A stretch of 64,000 bases of DNA, from NCBI GenBank assembly GCA_051362555.1, contig CM120642.1, positions 33,542,001 to 33,606,000 of the forward strand, written 5' to 3'. This DNA is from Lingula anatina (lineage: Eukaryota > Animalia > Brachiopoda). How positions within the stretch are numbered: position 1 is the stretch's first letter; each line of letters begins with the position of its first letter. A program made the position numbers and the translations under genes. The notes below the pieces were generated by a model, which was not told the DNA's origin, made no database searches, and saw nothing but the letters and a program-made list of their open reading frames with translations. This document shows positions 51,608-63,805 of this stretch, piece after piece.

Positions 51608-53757
51608 TGCAATACTTCCTTCCTCGTGCTTGGAGTCCACTTTACCTTGCTTCCGCTTATGTCACTGTCATCCAACCGAAGTTCTGCTTGTTTTAGATAA
51701 AGTAGGATGCGGGAACGACCTGCTTTTTATTATACATGCATGACTCGTGGTTGATAACTGAGGAGACTGGACCCTGACCTTCACCTTGAATTGAGCTTGA
51801 CATCTGGCGGTGGTATATTCATTATCCACGGTGAGTTAACAAATGACGATCTGCGTTAAGCGTTCGTGTGTCATGTGGGTTAAGAAGTAAGTACCGTTTT
51901 TGAATTATACTTTATTCTATTACATGTAGATAGAATTTTTTCACGAATACAATTTGCTTGGGTCTTTTTTAGTTTCATCATAATTGATCGTCATGAAATA
52001 TTGATGTTAAACTAAAATTAAATAAATTAGTTTTTAAAACTGCGTCGTTTTGCTGCGTAAGTTGTTTTTTATAAATTTAATTAATATGTTGAAATAATTA
52101 ATATGGAATTAAGATTCCACATTATTTTGAGGAATTGTGACCAGCAATATGCTGTGGATTTATTTTTGAACGTCCCACTCAATACTACAACTATTTGCAT
52201 GTGGAGATGAAAAGATCCAGATTTATTTTCCGCATGGACATGATCCACCACACCTGGGTCTTCTGATCTCGGTATCACGGTGCTATTTACACTTCCTTTA
52301 TCTTTTATCTGGTCAAGCTTTAATATTTTATGCTAGAGGGTTTCTTATTTATAAATTGTCATTATTTCCTTTTTGTAGCAATAGAAGCACTTAACGCAAG
52401 AGAGACTTTGAAGAGCAGACCACTGAACCTTAAAGTTTGTGTACAGAGGCCACAGAAGTACCTATGATGAGTTGCTAAAGGCCATGTCACACCTAGCGTA
52501 AAGAGATGTGTAGGGATATAATGTAGGTGAAATCGATTATATGCACATATCTGAGCGTATAAAACCACCCTTTTTCTGGAGAGTGAAAAGGCACGTATAA
52601 AGCAGCATGACCAATGTGTCAAAAAAGGAATATTTAGTGTTTTGTTATTTGTGCCATGCTGAATTATATGTTATTTTATCTATGGATGAATACGAGTGCT
52701 TATATTAAAATGGACGGTCACATAGTTGCGGTTAGAGGTTTAAACGTCCACAAACCGGTGAGAAATTGTGCCACTTGAACGGTGCTGCAAAGGGTGAAGT
52801 TGATCCAGAATTTGTTTTTGCACAAAAGTTAGATTGCATTTGTGCGGCTGAATGTTTTATAAAAGAAAGCAACTTTTTGTTTCATTAACTCGTGTACTTT
52901 ATGAGCACTAACGTAGGACATAGGAAATAACCGTTGTTGTTTGACAGCGTAATGTATTTCATAAAACACTGATATTTTCGATTTCATTTCAGAAAGAAAC
53001 GTTACTGGGTCTGAGACCGTGAGTCCGGGGTCATACTGCACGAGGGCTCTCACACACCTTACAGATCAAGATGATACACTTAAATACCCTGTTATCATTT
53101 GCAGATAAACTCCTCTGTTATCTTATGTCGGCGCCGACAACGCTCTCATCGAACAACGTGAATTGAAGTACAATAAGGGGACCAAACCACAGTCTACTGT
53201 ACATATCTGGACCCAAGAATGACCTGGTGTTGCCATGGCTTTTTGAATGGCACTTATTCTCGGAAAACAAGGTCGATCAAATGCATTGTATGTAATTAGT
53301 TTCAATATGATTACTTTATTTGTCCCCAAGTAGAACGACCTGATGTTATTTTGGCAGAGTCAATGGCTTTTTATCTCCGAAAAGAAGATCGATGACATGC
53401 AGTGTGTGTAATTAGTTCACATACAATTACTTAGAAGTGGCCACTAATGTATATATCTCATATAAACGTCCAGAGCACCACAAAGTCCACTACAGAAACA
53501 GAAAATAACATGGGTTTGATAAAAGGAGACAGTGATCAGTTAAAACTTTTATTTTTGGGAGATTCCAAATTGTCAGATTGGTTAAACGCGTATCAAATCA
53601 AACTTTGTCCTAAAAAAATTAATCATACAAAGATATATTGAATGAATACCCGGTCCGGAAGGCGTGAAGGAGAACCAACAAGCTAGAGCACCCCCATGGT
53701 GAACTACTGACCTTTCTGTATTCAAAACGGGAAGGTTGAAGGTTCCGAAACAAGACC

Positions 53758-53996
53758 ATGCGGCGATTAAACAGCACGGTATGGATTGGCATTTGTCTTA
53801 TATTATGTGCTGTTGTACTTATACACCGTGCGGTAAATTTAAGGGCCTATTGTGAAACACGTGGTCACGGGAATGCAGTACAAATGCCAAAAGCTCCACA
53901 AATTGGAGAGAAATTGTGCAAGATGAACACTGCTGCCAAGAATGAAGGTGATCTTTTTTCAATTTCGATATTGGTTTATCAGACCCCGTTTTCACA

Positions 53997-54044
<48 letters not shown>

Positions 54045-55960
54045 TAAGTCAGGTTCACTGGCTAACATCTTTGTTACCAATTTTACATGGTAACATGTAA
54101 GAACATCTACCCCTATCAGGAACAGTTTTGATTCACTCTCATGGACACATGCACACATCATAATCAACCTCTATTCAAGATTTTTTTGTAAAGCGGGAGT
54201 CAGTTGATTGTTAACATTGTCCAAAACAACAGTGCCCAAAGACGTTTTCAATTACATGAACCTTATTTTTATCTCCGTTGTCTGACAACGAAACGCATTT
54301 CATAAGATGCCGACATTTTCTTTTTTCAGATTCGGAAAGAACATATAGAATCCTATGTTGGATATTGACAGACCCAGATGACTTGGACAATAGAACCATT
54401 CATGTTAAAAACACATGGACACAGAAATGTGATATTCGCTTATTCATGAGCTCAGCAGAAAATAAAACTTTCCCTACGATTGGGCTAAATGTAAGCAGCG
54501 GCAAAAAGCATATTGCAGCCAAGTCAAAAGCGGCATGGACGTACATTTACAATAATTTTGCCGAGAAAGCAGATTATTTCATGAAAGCTGATCCGGATAC
54601 GTACGTAATCGTAGATAATTTACGATATTACCTTTCTCATCACGACCCAACAGTAGCGGAATATTTTGGTCATTCCATGAAATTAAAGCAGCACAACTTT
54701 ACTTTTATGAGCGGAGGGTCTGGACTCGTGATCTCCAGAGAAGCTCTTCGACTTCTAGTCACAAAGGCTTTCCAATTACGACCCACCTGTATTCCTGACG
54801 GCGTAGGTGAGGGCAGGATCCTGTCGTTTTTAAGTATGGCAACATTTGTTAAAATGGTAGTAGCACAAATACCCTTGTGTGAATGATTATATCCCTTTCA
54901 GTTTCACAAATGTTGCCATAACATTATCTCAAATGAAATAAATCAAATCATGTTACATTTACCAAATACAATTTTGCTCAGTATGTTCACTGTGTCACTT
55001 GAAGGGATAATAACTCTTCGTTTTGGCCCAAAAAATGAATTTTCCTGGAGTAAACAACAATTTTCTCATACTTACCAATGGTTAATGAATCCATTTTTAC
55101 ATTCAAATTTAGTCCCTGAATTTTTTTCTAAAAAGTTTGGTTTTTTGTTAAAATCTCTTAAGAGATTATAACAGAGTATAGCCATCAATGGAGGTCACGT
55201 GGTCTAAAGACAAGCTCAGATATCAGAATAATAGCTATAACTGCCATTTTTGTGGTAAAACAGAATATATTATATTTCTATGAGTTATTTACAATGTTTT
55301 TTTGTGAAATATAGACCTCATACGAAGAGTTATTATCCCTTTAATGTTAAAGATATTTCATTTAGGTTCTTACATTATGCATGAGGACAGGTATTGACGC
55401 TTTCGGATTGTGCACGGTAAGACCTACTCTTATGACATTGCTGCCGTCTTTGACTAGGTTCACGCTTTTTTTTATCTCAGGGGAAGACTGGAAGACTGCT
55501 CAGTGCCTTTCCAAGGTTGGAGCTAAAGCTGTCAATACTAGTGATGAATTTGGCAGAGAGAGGTTTTTACTCTATAGACCGGAAATACACATCCTGGGCC
55601 TCTACCCGCCGTGGTTTTATGAGAAAGATCAGAACAACGCTAGACGGGTACTGCGACAATTAATTTATCTTAGAACATTGGTTTTGACGAATTCAAACGT
55701 GTCAAAAAAAAAAAAAAAACATTATTTTACACTAAAACCAAAGGCAATATTATATTAACGATTTAATGCAATTTTAATAATACCTATTTAGAGCATGTAT
55801 TCGGTCAAAAAATAAAACCACGGGGTTATTTCCTCTAATTATTTTTCAGGGAATAAACTGCTGTAGCGACTTTCCTATAGCATTCCACTACATACGTCCA
55901 CTGGAGATGTACGTGTTCGACTATCTTTTGAACCGTGTTCAGGTCATGAGGACAAACTAG
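53758..55960 (+). CDS. C1GALT1: Core 1 beta-1,3-galactosyltransferase (T-synthase, GT31)-like gene, copy 1, 4 exons, ~314 aa
   Basis: Exons 53758-53947, 54330-54806, 55481-55647, 55850-55960; 945 nt. Type II anchor followed by RILCWILT, HVKNTWTQKCD, FMKADPDTYVIVDNLR, MSGGSG..SREAL, GED, GRERF, CCSD.PIAFHY. The symbol means family resemblance; orthology is not established. Confidence 0.88.
53997..54044. repeat. (ATA)n microsatellite
   Basis: Trinucleotide run in intron 1 of the first C1GALT1-like gene. Confidence 0.95.
55003..55340. mobile_element. Kolobok-like non-autonomous DNA transposon, copy 3 (opposite orientation)
   Basis: ttga|AGGGATAATAACTCTTCG ... CGAAGAGTTATTATCCCT|TTAA; the body is the reverse complement of copies 1 and 2. 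Confidence 0.8.
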
Positions 55961-56845
55961 GATACACGAAAGTTATTCAAAAAGACAAGTGCACGCTGTG
56001 CTACGCCGCGCTACGTTTTAAAAAAATTCGATCGTATGACATTCTTTTTCGTTCTGTGAGAATGAAATGATTTTTGCCAAGTAATAACTCTACTGTGCAG
56101 TCATGTGTCCATCATGAATTTAGTGTTCGTGTAGTGACCAGTGAAGAAGACAGCGCGGCAACGGTGACTGGGGGACGTTGATAATAACACTGTTCGTGCT
56201 TACATGACCTCGTGGTGGTCTTGCTAACTCAAATCACGCTCACTTAAGCGTCTGGTCAGAACAAGAGGTCTACACTTAAATGCCCCGTTATCTTTTGCAG
56301 ATAAATTCCTCTGTTATTTTATGTCGGCGCCGACAAAGCTCTCATCAAACAACGTGAAATAAAAGTTAAAGGGTCCAATTAAGCCACACTATATATATCG
56401 GGTCCCAAGAATGACCTGATGTTATCATGGCCTTTTGAACGGCATTTGTTATCTGAATATAGTGTCGGTCATTTAAATATGACCCAATTAACTTGATGAA
56501 CATACACAGAGAAATAACATCAATTTACAAATGAATAGTTTAAATGAGTACTAATGTTCATATCTCAAATGAACGTCAAAAACACCATTTATTACATTAA
56601 TTACATTCATTATAGCATCAGGAAACGACAGGCCTGATAAAAGGAGATACAGGTCAATTTTGACTTATTTTTGGGAAGTCCAAAATTGTCAGAATGGTCA
56701 GATGAGAGTCAATTATATCTTTCCAAACCCTGCAGAATTAATTATTCAAGGTGTGACGGAGAACCCACGAGCTGGAGCACACTATTGTCCTCCATTGATT
56801 GTTCTGTGCTCAATAGAAAAAGTTTAGAAATACCAAAACAAAACT

Positions 56846-57032
56846 ATGGGGCGATTCAGCAAAATGGTGTGGATTGGCCGTTTTTCCATATTATGTGCTT
56901 TACTACTGGTACATCGTTTTGTGAACATGAGTATCCATGCTGAAATATACGGTGACACCGATACTGGTAGAATGCTGAAAGATCCACGAACTGAAGAGAA
57001 ATCGCACAATATGAGTTTTGCTGCCAAAGGAG
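56846..57032 (+). CDS. Additional/alternative first exon (cytoplasmic tail-TM-stem) for C1GALT1-like copy 2, or relic exon 1
   Basis: MGRFSKMVWIGRFSILCALLLVHRFVN... is homologous to exon 1 of copy 1. It has a phase-1 donor G|GTAATC and no intact catalytic exon of its own. Confidence 0.55.
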
Positions 57033-58197
57033 GTAATCTTTTTTAATTATTTATATTTATTTATTTATTTTGTTAGTTATAGTTTATATAAGGTTTATGT
57101 CGTCTTTAATGTCAATGGTCCTTTTTAATTACTTAAGTTTACTTGTACGTATTTCATAAAATTTGATATGCTTTATTTTATTGCAGTAGGAAATTTTAGT
57201 CTGCATATCTGTAGATTTGGCAGTTTTTGTTGCTTTATTTTCCTAAACAGGCTTACCCAACTACCAGACTCGGCACCGAATTATACCGAAATTACCGGTA
57301 GATCGGACCATTCTACCCGATTTCAAGGTGTGCGTCAGCATGCATTTCACAGTATCATACCCCGGTGTGGCGTGTACCGCTCGGAGCGTGAACCATCCGT
57401 TCTGCTCATGCGCACAAAGCGCAGGCAAATCTCATGTGGCCATATCAACACTCTAGGGATTTTTTCAATCCCTAGTCCTATTAAAATTTCATCCATGTAT
57501 AGATAATATGTATTAGAGTCTCGTACATATTACATTTCAGTTTAAATTGTCTTATTATCACTTTTACTTAACAATGTTCATGTAAGTCACCATTCCACGT
57601 ACAAATTGGACTTAGCGATTTTACGCAGTGGTGATTCCATGACCCAGGAGGGTAGGCCTATAATGGGAGTTTACCCTCTCTGTTATATGAGATCGAATTA
57701 AGAACCGATTGTGATCACAATCCGTCTCCTTACTTTACACCTGCTTCATTCCCGTCTGCATACAACAGAAAAACTAGGTTATAATTAGCATTTATGTTCT
57801 TTTCTACCTACTTCTTTCAAACACGCATAGAAATGCAATTTCCCAACAAATAAAATACTTTCTTGTCCCTTTTGCAATCTATAACCATAACGCTGGTGTT
57901 TCTGCCTCTGAACCTGTTTCATACCTAGACAATTTTGATGAATGTGCGCGCAGTAAAAGACTGTGCTTGTTTTAGTAATGTGCACATCTTCCGCAGTTAC
58001 GACACATTGATTTGATAGCCATAAATAAAATGATGCATTAGAATTTGTTATACAACACTCTGTGCATCATTTAGAGTTTAAAACGCTTTTTAACGAGCAT
58101 CACAGGGAATTTGCCAAACCAGGCCATACACCAGTAAGCTATTTTTAGATCCAATTATATCAAAAGAGGAAATATAAGACTAACATGAACAAGAGCA

Positions 58198-60161
58198 ATG
58201 TGGAGAATTGGGAACATTGTATGTTTTGTCAATTGCGTTATACTGTGTGCTAACTTGTATCTATGGATGCGCACTTGTATTCAAATAGGCGGTCACATAG
58301 ATACAGTCAGGATGTTTAAACCTTCACAAACCGGAGAGAAATTGCGCCATAGGAGCGATGCTGTAAAGGAACAAGGTGACACAGACAATTTTTTTGATTG
58401 CATTTAAGCGGTTGGATGTTAAAATATGTGGATAAAAACTAATTTAATATGCATTAACTGCGGGGTAGGGCGTTTTTGAAATAGGCCTACCTACGTTTAT
58501 CTCTGCTGTCTTGCAACAAAATGAGCTTCATAAATTCATAAATTGGCATTTTTTCATTTTATTTCAGAAGCAAAATATAGGATCCTTTGCTGGATATTGA
58601 CAGACCCAGATGATTTGGACAACAGAACGATTCACGTCAAAAATACTTGGACACAAAAATGTGACATTCGCTTATTTATGAGCTCCGCAGAAAACAAAAC
58701 CTTCCCTACGATTGGACTAAATGCTAGCAGTGGCAGACAGCATATTGCAGCCAAGTCAAAAGCGGCTTGGACGTACATTCACAACAATTTTGCCGAGCAA
58801 GCAGATTAGGCTATTTCATGAAAGCTGATCCAGATACTTATGTAATCGTAGAAAACTTACGAAAGTACCTTTCTCATCGCGATCCCACAGTAGCGGAATA
58901 TATCGGCCATTCTTTGAAATTAAAACGGCACAACTTCACGTACATGAGCGGAGGATCGGGAATTGTACTTTCCAGAGAAGCTCTTCGACTTCTAGTTACA
59001 AAAGCTTTCCCACTACGACCCACCTGTATTCCTGACGGTGAAGGTGAGGGTATGCCCTTGTTATTTCCAAGAATGGCAACATTTGGGAGAACAACTTGGT
59101 TAACTCCCCCCCCCCCCACCACCACCATTTGTTTCACAAACGTTACTATTAAATAATTCTAAAAAGATTAAAATATTGACTTTTTGCTATTTACAACCGA
59201 CTTTACTGTCTCAATTCTTACAAAAGTGCGCAATACCGAGTCTCAGTGATACCCATCTGCATTGTTCTTACTGTACACTAATTGACGTGTTGCGAAACAT
59301 GTTTGACATACTGTCACTGTCATGTTTCATCAATATCTAATATGTTTAAAGTACTGATGTTATCGTTGCGAAAGGATATTCTTTGAAAATTGCTGGCATC
59401 TATGACTTACTTCACGGATATTTTTTACTTTATTTTAGGCGAAGACTGGAAGACTGCTCAGTGCCTTTCCAAGGTTGGAGCTAAAGCTGTCAATACCAGT
59501 GATGGATTTGGTAGAGAGCGGTTTTTACTTTATAGACCGGAAATACACATCCTGGGCCTCTACCCGCCGTGGTTTTATGAGAAAAATCAGAACATCGCTA
59601 AGCAGGTATTGGGGCAATTATTACACTTTATAACCTTGGTTTTGACATCTAGTCAAACACGAGTCATCAAAAATGTTATTGTACAATTAAACCAAGGCAA
59701 TGTTCATAAATGAAAATGATCAAATACAAACTGAAAATCTTTCAGACCGTTAGCTTACGGCAACCTGGACGTAGTAGCCTTCATCTGCCTGATGTGAGAT
59801 GTGGTTACTCACTGACCGCTAGGTGGTGTATAGCGGCTACGACCCTCCAGGTTGGCCGTAAGCTAACGGTCTGAAAGATTTTCGGCTTGTGTTTGATAAT
59901 TTTCATTTATGATGCAACTACCAAACTAATGAACATTTTTGCTCAAAGGCACTGTTATTTCAACGATTTAAATGCAATTTTAATAATGACTATTTAGGGC
60001 ATATATTTGGTCAAAAAACATTCACAGGTTTATTTGATCTTACTTTTCAGGGAATAAACTGCTGTAGTGACTTTCCTATAGCATTCCACTACATAAACCC
60101 CTTGGAGATGTATGTGTTCGACTATCTTTTGAACCGTGTACAAGTCATGAGGACGAACTAG
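58198..60161 (+). pseudogene. C1GALT1-like copy 2, disrupted by a 5-bp insertion
   Basis: Exons 58198-58375, 58568-59043, 59439-59605, 60051-60161. gcagatTAGGCtatttc versus gcagattatttc in copy 1 gives an in-frame TAG at 58807-58809, before the DxD motif. Confidence 0.8.
59705..59911. mobile_element. Foldback/MITE-like element with ~75-bp inverted arms in intron 3 of C1GALT1-like copy 2
   Basis: cataaatgaaaatgatcaaatacaaactgaaaatctttcagaccgttagcttacggcaacctgga...tccaggttggccgtaagctaacggtctgaaagattttcggcttgtgtttgataattttcatttatg; absent from intron 3 of copy 1. Confidence 0.8.
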
Positions 60162-62109
60162 GATACGTGACGATTATTACAAATGAAAAGTGCACGCCGT
60201 TTGTACGTTTGAAGATTTCTTCTTTTGTTTCTTTATTTTGGATCAGTTTCTGATAGTTTTTCTGTGGCCATTTTAATCGTTTGCTTTCTTGCGAACTTGG
60301 AGCGGCTTTTGTGGAAATCACTTTTACCGTGTTTCTGTCGTGGTAATTCAGACAATATTCCTTTTGTAACTAGAAAGGCACTCAGAGAGCGCGGATTGAC
60401 GTCAAGCACCCTGCCATGGTGAATTGCGGTAGTTGAGAAGACACCCATTGTTCAATGTCAAGGCAATGATGAGGGAACCTTTAAAATTCTTATATCCAGT
60501 GAGTAATGTGGATCACTTCTCACCACCATATTCTAATTACTTAGAAGCCCATTTGTGGCATATCCAGTGAATTCCATCAAAATCCATGTAAACTTTATCG
60601 AGTTAACCTGGTGACAAACAAACGACGCCAGAGGCGTTTGTCAATTATCCCAGTTTTGGGTCAATAAATCCTCGAGACGACCCCACCCAAAGTCATTGCA
60701 AAATACTGTCAAAGTGAATACAACAGAAAAACAACCGAAAAATCATTCCGTCAGACGGCGGCAACAGACGACGGCTGCGACTTTAACACACCGCAAGGTT
60801 TTATTTTCAACTAATTGGACAGAGGCCCAGATTTACGGGTGTTTATTAGATGGAGAAGTACATGTATTTTAGTTCCCCGTCGAATTGTAATTCCAATAAG
60901 AATGAGCCTTTGAACATTGCAAGAGGCATTATATGGCTTCAGGAGCATCTGACTAGATCATTTCCAAATTATGCATAAAGGTTTTGATTGCGTTTTAAGT
61001 TTGGGGTACATAGACGAAAGCTTGGTGATGCTAAAACAAAGGTTTGCTGGAAAAGGGTGGTATTGTTTACTGGATAATATGCTTCAAATTCTTACATTAT
61101 GCAAAAAAGCAAACAATTCAACCGTTTCTGTAAGTTTCAAGCATAGAATTTTTTGCCATATGAACACTTGAGCGGAAACTTTAGAATTCTCTTCTTTGCC
61201 AAGTTAAGATCATGATTTCTTTAAAGAAGTACAGTTTTAATGTGAACTGCTGCAACATTTTACAAGTCTGTCGTGTGACATTCTTTTTAGTTCTGCGAGA
61301 ATAAAATTGGATTTACTATCAAGTGATAACTCTACTGTGCAGTTATGTGTATCATCCTGTGTATCATTATGTTAATGTAGTGACCAGTGAGGAAAACAGC
61401 GTTGCATCGGTAATTGGTATTTATCGGAAGTTGGTAATTAACAGTGTTCGTGCTTACTTAATTGACCTCGTGGTGGACCTGCTATCTCAAATCGCGCTCA
61501 CTAAAAGCGTCTGGTCAGAACAAGAGGTCTACACTTAAATGCACCGTTATCTTTTGCAGATAAACTCCTCTGTTATCTTATGACAGTGCCGACAACGATC
61601 TCATCGAACTACGTGAAATAAAAGTTAAGTAAGGGGGTCCATTTAAGCCACACTATACATATCTGGTTTCAAGAATGACCTGATGTTATCATGGCCTTTT
61701 GAACGGCATTTGTTATCTGAATATAGTGTCGGTCATTTAAATATGATCCAACCAACTTGATAAACATACATAGAGAAATAACATCAATTTACAATGAATA
61801 CTTCAAAATGAGTACTAATGTTCATATCTCAAATGAACGTCAAAAACACCATTAATTACATTAATTACATTCATTATAGCATCAGGAAACGACAGGCCTG
61901 ATAAAAGGAGATACAGGTCAATTTTGACTTATTTTTGGGAAGTCCAAAATTGTCAGAATGGTCAGATGAGAGTCAATTATATCTTTCCAAACCCTGTAGA
62001 ATTAATTATTCAAGGTGTGACGGAGAACCCACGAGCTGGAGCACACTATTGTCCTCCATTGATTGTTCTGTGCTCAATAGAAAAAGTGTAGAAATACCAA
62101 AACAAAGCT

Positions 62110-62299
62110 ATGGGGCGATTCAGCAAAATGGTGTGGATTGGCTGTTTTTCCATATTATGTGCTTTACTACTGGTACATTGTTTTGTGAACATGAGTATCT
62201 ATGCTGAAATACACGGTGACACCGATACTGGTAGATTGCCGAAAGATCCACGAACTGAAGAGAAATCGCACAATATGAGTTTTGCTGCCAAAGGAGACG
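62110..62299 (+). CDS. Additional/alternative first exon for C1GALT1-like copy 3, or relic exon 1
   Basis: MGRFSKMVWIGCFSILCALLLVHCFVN..., open frame, phase-1 donor G|GTAACC. Confidence 0.55.
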
Positions 62300-62982
62300 G
62301 TAACCTTTTTTGCCGATTATAGTTTATATAAGGTTTATGTTGTCTACAATGTCAGTGGTCGTTTTTAATTACTGAAGTTCGCTCGTTTGCCTCTCAACGA
62401 AATGCATTTCGTAAAATTTGGTATGTTTTATTTCATTTCAGAAAGAAACTTTAATCTGCTTGTCTGTAGGTTTGGCAATTGGTGTTTTATTATCCTAAAC
62501 TGCTAAAGCTAATTTGACACATTTGTGTCCTTTCATTCATCTCGATGCGTGCCTCTTCCTTGTTGACATTTACCTAGATGCAGGTGCAATGAGCATAGCA
62601 TGCCTTTCACCAACTTTAAGATGCTTGTGCTTGTGACTGTCTTTGGTTTTTATATCGCTTTTCTCAACAAAGCTTTTACCGTAATGCTCTATGGATATTT
62701 TTCCATAACTAGCCCTATTTCAATTCCACCATGCATAGACAATGTGCGCACAGTAAAAGATTTAGTAACGCGCACATCTTCCTGTGTTACGACACATTGA
62801 TTTGCCTTAATGGTAGCCATAGTTAGAAACTGTTATGCAGCACTTTTTGCATCATTTGGAGGTTAAAACGCTTTTTAACGAACAACAAAGGTGGTTTGTC
62901 AACCCAGGCAAAATACCAATAAGCTGCTTTTAGATCAAATTATATCAAAGGAGGAAATATTAGACTTACATGAACAAGAGCA

Positions 62983-63805
62983 ATGTGGAGAATAAGGAAC
63001 ATTGTATGTTTTGTCAATTTCGCCATATTGTGTGCTAACGTGTATCTATGGATGAACACTTGTGTTCAAATGGATGGTAACATAGATACAGTCAGGATAT
63101 TTGAACCTCCACAAACCGGAGAGAAATTGCGCCACAAGAGCGATGCTGCAAAGGAACAAGGTGACCTAGATACACTTTTTGATTGCGTTTAAGCGGTTGA
63201 ACGATAAAATATAGAATAAAAACCAATTTAATATGCATTTACTGGCGTTTTGAAATATCTCCGTTTATCTCTGCTGTCTAGCAACAATATGAACTTCATA
63301 ATGAATTTGCATTTTTTTTTTCATTTAATTTCAGAAGCAAAATATAGGATCCTTTGTTGGATATTGACAGACCCAGATGATTTGGACAATAGAACGATTC
63401 ATGTCAAAAATACATGGACACAAAAGTGTGATATTCGCTTATTCATGAGCTCCAAAGAGAACAAAAGCTTTCCTACGATTGGACTAAATGTTAGCAGCGG
63501 CAGAGAGCATATTTCAGCTAAGTCAAAAGCGGCTTGGACGTACGTCCACAACAATTTTGCCGAGCAAGCAGAATATTTCATTAAAGCTGATCCAGATACT
63601 TATGTAATCGTAGAAAACTTACGAAAGTACCTTTCTCATCGCGATCCAACAGTAGCGGAATATATCGGCCATACTTTGAAATTAAAACGGCACAACTTCA
63701 CGTACATGAGCGGAGGATCGGGAATTGTACTTTCCAGAGAAGCTCTTCGACTTCTAGTCACAAAAGCTTTCCCACTACGACCCACCTGTATTCCTGACGG
63801 TGAAG
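62983..63805 (+). CDS. C1GALT1: C1GALT1-like copy 3, exons 1-2 (continues beyond the window)
   Basis: Exons 62983-63160 and 63335-63805, intact frame, FIKADPDTY, MSGGSG, donor G|GTGAGG. Confidence 0.85.

Noticed and set aside
51608-51640. ORF-track start MDSKHEEGS for the sulfotransferase
   Set aside because: It is a GTG codon; the first ATG in frame is at 51607. Many other track starts are TTG/GTG or intronic and were likewise ignored.
56671-56943. Conserved 90-aa ORF repeated at 61935-62207
   Set aside because: It starts at TTG, overlaps the real anchor exon in another frame, and its conservation is explained by the recent segmental duplication.
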